A DNA stretch of 51,249 nucleotides, the filler included, from Dimargaris cristalligena (taxonomy: Eukaryota): the NCBI GenBank assembly GCA_003614675.1. It is 3 parts of 3 records of this genome, joined end to end, with 100 filler letters (N's around TTAATTAATTAA, not from the genome) between each part and the next. Parts side by side here need not be neighbours in the genome. Positions count along the whole stretch, not along the records: positions 1 to 17,053 come from ML002822.1; positions 17,154 to 34,154 come from ML002823.1; 1 more part is not named here. The stretch is one strand, 5' to 3'. A program made the translations under genes and the position numbers. The first letter of the stretch is position 1. Every line of letters starts with the position of its first letter. This document shows, in pieces, positions 15,726 to 28,346 of the stretch. The notes under the pieces are model-generated. The model ran no database searches. It had not been told where the DNA came from and worked only from the letters and a program-made list of their open reading frames with translations.

Positions 15726-17053
15726 CTCCCTTTTGTCGTTAGCTTCCCTGACCTTTGCAATATTTTGATAGCACCATCTATATTTTTTTCTAATAATAGC
15801 AGTCTCTTTTTAGATCATCTCGGCGTTTGGTGTACTGTACGATCTTACGCATTAAATTCCATTAGGCTCAATCAGCAGAACTAGCATTTCTGATAGGTCC
15901 CACTCCCTTCATTTTGAGACACAGGCCATTTTTGTCATGAAGGAGTTTATATGTGAAAAACATCAGTAATAGTACTTAACAGGGCATATGGCACAGCTGA
16001 CAATGTATATTTGTAACCTACTGGCCATGGTAATGCAGGGGGGGGGGTAGATTTATTTCAACAAGCTGAGTTGCCGAATATGTAATATGGGGTATTATTG
16101 TAACTGTAGAGGACGGGTAGGGCTGGATGCAGAATGATAAGAAGATTGCACTATAGAGAATAATATTTATTTCAAAGATAAAGAACCATAGCTGGTCACT
16201 CGAGGCAGTACGTTTTTATTCCTCTGGGATGAGGTATTGTTCTTGTGCCAGTGGGGTAGAGGTGCCCTCCTCGAGTGGGGGAGGTAGGTAGGCCACTCCA
16301 TAGTCCTGATGGTTTCCCTTACTCAGGTGTGTAGTGCTATGGAGGGGATCAGCCTCTCACCTCCAACTGGTGGTGGCCTCCCTCGGTTGCACTAGAATGT
16401 GACCATTAGTTCTATACTCAATGTGTAATTATGATGCTCGTCATATTCCATGATGCTTGCTTAACAGTTTCTATCATACAATTACATATCTACAGGAATG
16501 GAAGCCAACAGAAGGTGTACTAAGTGAATTTATAGCATGCAGATGTTAGTTCAAAGGAGGGCTATAATTGACTGATTCTGATTTCCCTCCTACTGATAGT
16601 ATCTTTAAAATAGTTCAATTAATAAAATGTAGTGTTGCATAATTCTTTTAGTGAGTGTATCAGTGCATGTATCACCTTGGCTATATTGTAACATTTTTCT
16701 TTGGTTATACTTGTAATTTTATTAGCCATATTTTTTGCCATTCAAAATACATAGAACCATGCATACACATTGGTTGTCTGTTTTAGAATTTTATATACAA
16801 CCCAAAATCATAGTACTGTTGTGATATAGCCAAACAGCTATAGTAGTATTTGCCATTATCTTATTTATTTTTCCTCTTTTATTGAAACCACCATCCATAT
16901 TTAGGTGATTAGTCAAGGAATTGGTGCTGCTAGCCTAAGTTTTCCCTTTTTAGAAGTTATTATTGTTATACAATGATTATATTTTTTTTTTGATTGGTTT
17001 ATTTTTCTGAGTATCACATTTATACCCTTGCTGTACTCTATCAATGAGTATCA

Positions 17054-17153
17054 NNNNNNNNNNNNNNNNNNNNNNNNNNNNNNNNNNNNNNNNNNNNTTA
17101 ATTAATTAANNNNNNNNNNNNNNNNNNNNNNNNNNNNNNNNNNNNNNNNNNNN
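17054..17153. other. Artificial contig spacer (44 N + TTAATTAATTAA + 44 N)
   Basis: Exactly 100 nt with a six-frame stop linker; identical structure at 34155-34254. Confidence 0.97.
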
Positions 17154-18158
17154 CCCGTCCATATGAGTCGGTTCCTACTCACGATTGAATTGGGTAAAGT
17201 CACCCATCCCCGTATTGTGGCACTCTGCCGCGCTCCGGAAGGCCTCCTCGATGCATGTGATATTCGGACCGGGTGGTATCATCCTGCGGTTATGGCCTAT
17301 ATGCGCAACTTTATTCTGTTTCAAATTAAAGTGCACTACCGACGGCATCCGGCCGAAGGGTCCGGGGCGGCGTCCCAGGCGGGACCAACAGACGATGATG
17401 ATCGGCATCAACCGCAATCTTCTCTTGAGGGAGGGGATTCTAATGTTAATGATGGTATTGCGAGTGCCATGGGTGACGACGACCTCACTTCCGCGCAGGA
17501 TGGGGAGGAGTTCGGGCCGCAGGAGACCAAACGGTTTATTGGGGAGTTGATATCCAAATACGAGAGCGACCGGGCCGCTCGAGCTGGCCCGGGGCCTGTA
17601 CCATCCGATGAGCTGGGGCAACGCCTCAATTCAAAGGTAAGTCTTCAACATGCTTTTCTTATTACCCTAGGACTGCCCTATATTGTTAGAGTCCTCTCAT
17701 ACCAGACATGCCTCGAGTTTAAGCAATTTTCGAATGATGTCTCACTAACCTAACTAACCTAACCTAACCTAACCTAACTTTTCCCTACCCAATACCATGG
17801 AATTGCTATTTGCTGGGGATTTTTTTTACAATCCTTTAGGTTGATGAATTAATGCAAGCCCTGGAGCAATTTACCGATGCTCCCTACCGCGAAGAAGACG
17901 GTAAGTCCATATTGATGTACTATGTTTGGGATATCTGCCCACTCCCCTCAGCTACTCTGTATTATTTTAGTGTGGGTGCATGCTCGTCGATTTGGCCGTA
18001 ATGCATTTATTAATATATTTTTTTGTCTACTCTCCAATTGCAACTATCAAAAATCCGGCGTATGGGGTCTACTTTTAGGTCAAGAAATAACCGGGTTCGA
18101 CAACGAAGATGGCGATGACGACTTTGGAAATATCTTTGGGAGCGATAGCGACGGTTAG
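17154..18158 (+). CDS. 3' part of an unidentified protein (5'-truncated by contig edge); exons <17154-17636, 17840-17900, 18079-18158
   Basis: Frame open from the contig edge; two GTAAGT...TAG introns with matching phases (0 and 1) give an acidic C-terminus ...RLNSKVDELMQALEQF...DDDFGNIFGSDSDG*. Confidence 0.75.
17745..17778 (+). repeat. (CTAAC)~7 tandem repeat inside an intron
   Basis: ctaacctaactaacctaacctaacctaacctaac, ending ~60 nt upstream of the acceptor at 17839. Confidence 0.85.
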
Positions 18159-18237
18159 GCCCACAAAAAACCATATTCCCTTAGCCCTCAATATGGCTGG
18201 CACGTGTTCACCGTGGGACATTGGAGTTATTACCTGC

Positions 18238-19326
18238 TTAAGCCATGGTTACGGAGTTGTCCTTGAACTGGAATTTCACCTAATAAAATATTAATCGATA
18301 GCGTGGCTCGTTGTAGTGTTAGATAGTTGTTACATGCAAATCATCAACCCTCGGTACTAAAATTCACGAACCAATAAATATGTCTGGAGTGGCCATTTCG
18401 ACCCAGTCTTCCATGTAGCATACACGCCCAGCCAAATCAACTTACCGATTCGTCGAAGGAGTCCTTAATCTCGGATTTACTCATCGAATTGTCCTTATGG
18501 TCCTTGAGAGTCTTGACCACCTTCTTACGCAGTTTGTCCAGACTCAGGGTTTTGCCCTCGTCAGCCAAAACCACCCGAACGACCAAACCCAGGCGCTCGG
18601 CGTTATCGGTGGGCAGTTTGGCTTGCGACCATTCTTTGAGAGTAGGCACTTTTTCGGTGGTGGGGGTGGCCTTGGCCTTCTTGCCGTTTCCAGGGGCGGG
18701 GGTCGTCGAGTCAGCAGCACTGGCCGTCTCTTTCCGTTTGGCCGATTCCTTGTCTTTGATCTGGGCTACAATGGATTGGGGTGGGGTCGGGTTCGATTCG
18801 GTCGTACTGGACGCCGGCTTGGAGGTTTCCGGTTTCGCAGAAGTGGTGCCCTCGGTGGTTGGTGGCTTAGTCGTAGGAGTCTGGGCTTTTTTGGCTGGCT
18901 GGGCTTTACCTTGGGGAGTCTATAGGATTGATCATAAATCAATGGGCAAAAAAAACATTAGACAAAATGTTTGTAAGCATTAATTCTGTCAACCAGATGG
19001 TCGATTGAGTGGAGTTGGGTAAATACATATTCAGGGGAAATAATACCCGAGCCCAAATCAACTGGCATACCAACCAAGCATTGCTTTCTTGTCTAAGGGA
19101 CCTTCAGTCTATTACACGTAGCTCTTACCTTCTTATTCTGGTAAATGTGCTTCTGGTATTTTTCCGCTTCACTGATACACGAAGTGTGCTGGCGGTAGTC
19201 CGTGCCGTAAAAGTCGGTCGAGCAATCGATGCAGGAGTATTGCGCATTGTAGCAGCGGTTGAAATGCTGTTCGAGGCGGTTCTTCTTTAGAGTCTCCTGA
19301 CAGACATTGCAGACAAAGGACACCAT
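18238..19326 (-). CDS. LYAR: LYAR-type C2HC zinc-finger nucleolar protein; exons 19326-19129, 18919-18446, 18279-18238, ~237 aa
   Basis: N-terminus MVSFVCNVCQETLKK...HFNRC...SCIDC...HTSCISEAEKYQ is the LYAR signature; Lys-rich linker; C-terminal LSLDKLRKKVV...VKFQFKDNSV; two phase-0 introns. Confidence 0.92.
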
Positions 19327-20248
19327 GGTGAATGGACGGGTGTAGAAGGTAAATATAAAGAAAGGGTGATATATATATATATATTACGCGGAATGCGGAG
19401 TAATGAAATGGGCTATCGTTATAATAAACATGGGGTTGCCGAATGAAAAATGCCTCCAGTTTATTTGAAGAAATATTCACTTGAACTCAATGCCAATAGG
19501 CACAGCAGCGTAGAAAGCTAAGCGGTGAAAAAATTTATTCTTTGGGAAAGTAAAAAAAAACCAATCAGCATTATGTATTTTGGGTAATAGCCGCAATAAA
19601 ATAAAGATTACCCGATTAGTCTGGTGGTGCTACATACTATTTAGTGTGGTAATTATAAACGGCCCTAAACCAATAGGTGTCAAGGACATGCAACTGTGGC
19701 CGGCTGGAGATGCCTCACTACTAACCTCAGGTCCATAGAAACTTGGACCTCCACCAGAACTGTCCTCGAATGCCAGAGAGTAGGTTGCGTCAAATAAATA
19801 GAGATGCCATCCTTATCAATGATAATTACACATCTCTAGGATACATTTTGCAATCGCTCTTTTTATAGTATCGGGGACATGGTGCCCATTTATTTAAGAA
19901 ACTAACATCGACGTATAATTAAACCTGTTACATGGAGCGTAATTGAGGGCATCTATAGATTATGATAGGCGTACTGCCTTGGCAGACTAAGCCAAATGCC
20001 AATAGAACAATCGTGGAAATATGCTCCTTCATAGACACAATTGATGGCCTCTCACAAAATACATTACCAAGTTTAGTATCAGTGCCCCCTATAAATGGTC
20101 GGAATATCTCATTGTGCGGGATTAGGCGTAGCAATAGCGGGACTGTCTATTCTGAAAACTCGGCATTTATTTACTTATAGATATACAACGCGTCAAACAC
20201 CAAAATGTCCCAGGGGGCGAATAAACCACAGAAGGCCCACGTCGATGC

Positions 20249-21229
20249 TTACGAAGAAGTTATATTGTGGTGCTTCCGGGCTCTCTGGTATCCCTCCGCA
20301 TCCAGACAGTCAAACAGACAAGCGTATTCTTTCTTTTCGTGGGGCTTCACAATCGCCAAATACCCTCCGTAATTGGGGGCTTGCAGAATCAAGTTCGGTT
20401 CCGCGGCCAAACGCGGATTGAGCTCAAACACGGTACCGAACCCGACTCCCATATTGACGATAAACGTTGAGCTGTCATGCAGAACCACGTTGCACAGGGG
20501 GGTCGAGGATCGGAGGCTGTCCCGGGTGTTGGTGTGGTTGCGCTTCCGGCGAGCGGCCCTGGGGGTGCCGCCGTTTTTACTGGGATCGGGATCGGTGGTT
20601 AGGAAATCGATCCGTTTGACGAACGACGGGGTTTCGGAATTCTCGGTCGCGGAAGACTGGGCGTTTCGCAGGTACTCGCGGTAGAGGGTAAATATCTGGT
20701 GATCGCGGGCCAACCCCACCAGGCAGAGTTGGTTGGGCACTTGCCAAACTATCTGGGTCAACGTGAAGTCGGGTTCGTGCACCGGGGCGATGGTGGTGGT
20801 AGTGGTAGTGGACGGTGCCTCCGACGAGGCAACCTCGGGCGAGGGGTTCTCGGCGCTTCTAAAGGCCCGACAGTTGAGGTGGGGCACTGGGTTTAGAGGG
20901 AAAATGGATGGTGCAGAAAAGGGTTGGTGTAAGTCCATACGGAAACGGCTAAGTAATGGCCCCGCATGGGCCGGCTTCAACAGCAGCAGAAGTCAATCGG
21001 GAATTTGGCTAGGCTTTGCGTAAAGTCTTCCCATTCGGAGGGTTAGGCCTACAGCTGAATAAGATTACCTACCGTAATAGTAGCGGGTGAAGTAGCGATC
21101 TAGGAAAGTTGCCCCTTCAACGGGGGGAACACAGTCGGCTGGCAAGTCCGACTTGGTGCCAGTCTCCTGCCATGAATCACAGAGCGGCCGGAATTCGTCA
21201 ATAGTGGCTTGGTCGTAAAAGGTGGTCAT
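20249..21229 (-). CDS. ABITRAM/FAM206A (Simiate)-like protein; exons 21229-21073 and 20886-20249, ~264 aa
   Basis: Motifs FLDRYFTRYY, NQLCLVGLA..H, PLCNV, GTVFELNPRL...PNLI....NYGGYLAIVKP parallel the animal family as recalled (DRYFTRWY, NRICVITLA..H, PLCKI, GRLMEVNE, EGYIAVVLP); phase-1 intron. Confidence 0.82.
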
Positions 21230-21918
21230 GGCTCAAATATTAGATAAGAAAATGGCTAAAATGAAGGAACTTGAATATAAGAAAAGGCTTAGGTGAAGGA
21301 CCTTAGGGTATATGTATAAAATGAGGGAGGGGGTTCGCTAAGTAATATTAAGTATTCTCGGAACCAAACGGCTTAACAAGTTGAGAGACTGCGAGATTGG
21401 CAATGTGGCCTGGGGTTCGTTTTAGGTTTACCACACTTAGGAGGGGAGGGGTAGTATAGGGTAAGTTTTTTCTGGTTAACGAAGTACCCTAAATAATCCC
21501 CCTCTCAATCACCCAAACCAATGGTATTGTGTAACATATGTACTGTGAATGGGTTGATGTCTCTCTCCAGGCAATTGCCCCAAGTGAGCGAGACTGGGTG
21601 TAAGTTTTTTATATGGGTATACGAGACTTCAACCTTGCAAGGCGGTCCATATTATAAATATACATAAAATCATCTCTCAGACAACCGCCTAATAACGACC
21701 CCAAATAGCTAATGGCCAACAACCACTAACAAGTACTGGTCTGTAATTATGCCATTTAAAAAATCCAATGGTAGGTGAAAATAGGCAAAAATAACAAAAA
21801 TTTATTAGTGAAAATGCCGAATGTAGCCGGGAAATTCAATAGGGACGCGACTATTTACAGGTCCTCGTACCAACATAGCAGACACATGGACAGACACTGA
21901 GCCATCTTAGCACAGGAG

Positions 21919-24661
<2,743 letters not shown>

Positions 24662-25274
24662 TTAAATGCGGAAATGCGGGCTGTTGGTCTAGGAAGGTCA
24701 ATGGGGAGAAGTAAGTTGGGGACAAGAAAAATGTCAATCGGGGAGAATGGTGGTGTGGTGGGTGGTACACGCGGGGTCGAGGGAACACTATTGGTGAAGG
24801 TAAAGGGGTAATGGGTGGTATAGGTGCACTAGCGAAGCTGTAATGCGTGTAGTAGTAGGGTCCATTAGACGAGACTGTCCTGTAACTGCTCTGTGCGCCA
24901 GAGAACCCTGTAACTGGGAAAATCGGCCAGTTAATACATTATTTTTCAGACCTGTGGCCACTGCTACCCGCAATAGCAGCCTAGTCTGGGCGAACAGTCT
25001 TCGCCATAGTATCCCCCCCACCCCTTCTTCCTCCTGGCCTCCCAATAAAACTTGCCGAGGCATGTTCCGCCCGTTCCCCATACTTACACCACCAAGCTTG
25101 AGAGGGAAAGTCGACGTATACTTTACTTACATACAGGAAGAGAGGGTCTTCCCCCCCTGAGCCACTGTCGCTTACCTTGCTTAGCCTTTTTCCCTGATTG
25201 ACTTATTTCACCGACATATTGTTTCCGGCCCTCCATAGTCGGCTTACTTTCCATCTATCCGCTCTTTATCCAAC

Positions 25275-26918
25275 ATGGCGCAATCCTTCCCTACCTTGGC
25301 CGATATCGTGGGCCGCACTCCCGTGGTCCAATTGGCCGTGGCCAACGACCTGGGCGTCCATCCCAACATCGAACTGTTGGCGAAACTGGAGTACCTTAAC
25401 CCCTTCGGTTCCCTTAGTGACCGGGTGGCCCAAAAACTGCTCCCTACTCTGCCTCCGCCCACCGTGACCACTCCTCCTCCCAGGTCAGGTACCGCTGCTA
25501 CCACCCTCGTGATTCCCTCGTCGGGCAACTTGGCCATCAGCATGGCTGCCCTGGCCGTCCCCAAGGGTTACCGCGTCACCGCCGTCATACCGGAACGCAC
25601 TTCCAAGGACCGCATTATGCTCCTCAAGGCCCTGGACGTGGAAATCGTGCGGGCCCCCGATAATGTCCTGCCCGAAGCCCCCGAAAGCTTTACGTCGTTG
25701 GCCCGTCAGATTACGGCCGAAATGCCCGGGGCGGTCCTGGTGGATTTATTCGCGGGCTCCAACGACGTGGAGAACCTGTACCACGAGTTAGCCACCGAAA
25801 TCTTGGAACAATGCCACGGTCACTTGGATGTGCTGGTCGTGGGCGTGGAGAGCGGGAGTAGCATCACTGGGCTGGCTAAACACCTGAAGCGGAAGTTGCC
25901 CGCTTTGCGGGTAGTCGGGGTGGAACCTACCCAGTCTTATATTCATGAGGGCATCGTCCAGCAGCACCAGCAGGAGCAGCCGAGTTCCGCCGGCCACTCC
26001 CAGCCCATCACCACCACCTCACGGTCGGCCCTGATCTCCCAGAACTGGAAGCTCGAGGATCTGGGCCAGCACGCTATCCCGGCGGCCCTGGATCCCGAGT
26101 GCGTAGATTTGTGGTGCCAAGTCACGGACCAGGTGGCGTATTCCATGGCCCGCCGACTGATCCGATCCGGGTTCCTGGCGGGAGTGTCCTCCGGTGCCGT
26201 TGTGGCCGCTACCCATACGTTCGCTCGTACCAGCATGCAGCCGGGGGAGCGGGCCTTGGTCCTCCTAAACGACACGGCCCGTAACTACGGCTCTACGCTA
26301 CTATCAAACGAGTGGTTGCTGAACCACGAGCTCATGGACGACGGTCTGGCCCGTAAGCTCCATTACCAGCTTATCAATAAGTACCGAGGGGCCAGCGTCG
26401 AAGACCTCCAGCTCCCCGCGGCCGTCGCTATTGCCCCCACCGATCCACTGGGTCAGGCCTTGGATATCATGGTCGAGCGGGAGTATTCGCAGCTTCCCGT
26501 GGTCTCCGCGCCCCACCGTAAACTGGTGGGCTATATTACGCTGGCGACTCTGCAATCCATGCTTGAAAACCAAAAGGTGGAACTGCACCAACCAGTCAAG
26601 GACGCCATGTACACCTTCCGACCCTTGCCATCATCACCACCCTCAGGGACCTCATCTAACCCACAGACCGCTAATGCGTCGGCGTCGGGCCGTGGGCCTG
26701 CTGCCACTACTCCAACCGCTCCCCGCCTAGCCTCAATCCGGCCCCGCTATGAATTGATTACGCCCAGCACTCCGTTGAACGAACTGGCCGAATTCTTTGA
26801 ACATCACAGTGTGGCATTTGTTACTGACTCGTCGCGTAAATTCTGCCTTGGCGTGGTGACTAAATTCGATCTCATGAAGTTCATCTCCCGTCGCCACGGA
26901 ACGGCCCCGGACTTTTAG
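25275..26918 (+). CDS. Cystathionine beta-synthase-like protein (fold-type II PLP domain + CBS/Bateman pair) with degenerate active site, 547 aa, intronless
   Basis: GRTPVV, LLAKLEYLNP.GS..DR, SSGN, VVGVEP, ARRLI..G.LAG.SSGA, D..RNY; C-terminal CBS pair (YSQLPVV...LVGYIT; GVVTKFDL). The catalytic Lys position is Ser. Confidence 0.88.
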   Translation: MAQSFPTLADIVGRTPVVQLAVANDLGVHPNIELLAKLEYLNPFGSLSDRVAQKLLPTLPPPTVTTPPPRSGTAATTLVIPSSGNLAISMAALAVPKGYRVTAVIPERTSKDRIMLLKALDVEIVRAPDNVLPEAPESFTSLARQITAEMPGAVLVDLFAGSNDVENLYHELATEILEQCHGHLDVLVVGVESGSSITGLAKHLKRKLPALRVVGVEPTQSYIHEGIVQQHQQEQPSSAGHSQPITTTSRSALISQNWKLEDLGQHAIPAALDPECVDLWCQVTDQVAYSMARRLIRSGFLAGVSSGAVVAATHTFARTSMQPGERALVLLNDTARNYGSTLLSNEWLLNHELMDDGLARKLHYQLINKYRGASVEDLQLPAAVAIAPTDPLGQALDIMVEREYSQLPVVSAPHRKLVGYITLATLQSMLENQKVELHQPVKDAMYTFRPLPSSPPSGTSSNPQTANASASGRGPAATTPTAPRLASIRPRYELITPSTPLNELAEFFEHHSVAFVTDSSRKFCLGVVTKFDLMKFISRRHGTAPDF

Positions 26919-27287
26919 TTGACCTGTAGCAATGAAATGTAACGCAGACAGATAGTCCTCCAAGTCCATATGGGCGTTTATTAAATCACACTCTCTATTT
27001 ATCCCTCTTTGATGCCTCCATCTTTCATTCTTAGCATCTCTGGTAGAACTATTGGGAATCTAGCTATTAAACTTATACTTGAACATCAGCCCAGCCACTC
27101 ATATTTCTTATAGCCAGGACTATTAAACAAAAAATCCAACATATTCAAAATTATACCCCTATTTTATTTATAGTTATGAGTTGGTATAACATACACTAGT
27201 CGAGGGGGCGAGGAACGGTCAGTTGTTCGATGGTATTCACGGTGTCAACTCCAACGTAGAGCGGAACTTGAGGGCCCTAGAGGTTAT

Positions 27288-27830
27288 TTACTGCATGACG
27301 GGTCCCCGGGGCTGGTTAACGCGCCGGTTGGTCTGGAAGGGCTGGCGGTTCGGGGTGTGTTTGGCGGTCTCGGCCTGGTCCGCATGTTGCATCCAGGCAC
27401 GGTGTTCTTCACGAGCGCTCGCCTCGGCCTCCTGTTTGCGTTGGCGTTCGAGCTGTTCCTCGTGCTGGCGGCGCTGCAACTCCTCCTCAGTTAAATCAGA
27501 GTCGGCGTGAGCGTGGCGGGGGTGGGCTGGGTCAATCTTGGTACTTGGGCCCTTGTCCTCAGAATTACGGCGCTGGGCCTGTGGGTGGTTGCGGTGGGTG
27601 GGAACGCGCATGTTTCCAGCGCGGGCTGGAGGTTGAATGGTACAGTAAAATATCAAGAATAATGGGCATTGTATTAGGGGTGCGCCAGATATTGCTCCAC
27701 ATTTATCAACAGATAGTTTCTAAAGGACGCCAGGGACGGAGGGTAGGAAGCAAGCGGGTTGCCGGGAAGTGGCTATACGTGGTGAAAAGGACTTACTGGC
27801 TGGTAAATGGCCGGCTTTAGTTTCCTGCAT
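27288..27830 (-). CDS. DAP1/DAPL1 (death-associated protein 1)-like protein; exons 27830-27797 and 27625-27288, 123 aa
   Basis: Splicing the 171-nt GTAAGT...CAG intron gives MQETKAGHLPATRAGNMRV, matching DAP1 ETKAGHPPAVKAGGMRI; C-terminal RVNQPR matches DAP1 HIQQPRK (animal motifs recalled). Confidence 0.85.
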
Positions 27831-28062
27831 AGCTAAGCGAAAAGAGTCGGGCAGTCGTCAAGGTCGTTAGAAAAGGGCGGATAAAGGTTGAAGGGGGGGC
27901 TATAGAGGTAATAGTACAAAAGGAGAACACGGGGTGCGGATGGTTATATGGAGTACAATAATAATAGCAATTGGGAGGTGTGGAATAATGTAATAGGTTT
28001 GGAAGGAAATGGTGTGGAGTTGAGAGGATATCTACTGTTACAACTGGTGGCGGCAAGTGGAC

Positions 28063-28346
28063 TATTTATAAAGCCCCTGCCCAGGAATCATATGAGTAAA
28101 ACTCACACACCAATATGGACAGTTATGGCAGTTGGCGGCTGAGGGCCAAAGGTGAAATGGCGTGGGGAGGGAAGAGGAGAAGGGCGGGGGGGAGGGCTTG
28201 ACGCAGTCCACACCCCTACACGTTATACACTTCTCTATTTCTATTTCTATTTGTCCCCCCGCTCCGACCCGTACACTCTTCCCTTGACCCGCCGCCGACT
28301 GGGACTGTTTCTGATCGCCCGGCCAATCACGTGATAGTTGCGTCAT
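28063..28346 (-). promoter_or_regulatory. Putative promoter of the DAP1-like gene
   Basis: TATAAATA on the minus strand (28063-28070); TGACGCA elements (28199-28205 on +, 28339-28345 on -); palindromic ATCACGTGAT (28326-28335) overlapping CCAAT. Confidence 0.5.

Noticed and set aside
17098-17109. TTAATTAATTAA palindrome repeated at 34199-34210 as a biological element
   Set aside because: Centred in exactly 44+44 Ns; it is a six-frame stop linker added during concatenation.
27288-27656. ORF-track start MIFYCTIQPP for the 122-aa ORF
   Set aside because: Non-ATG start lying inside the intron; the spliced ATG at 27830 restores the DAP1 motif.
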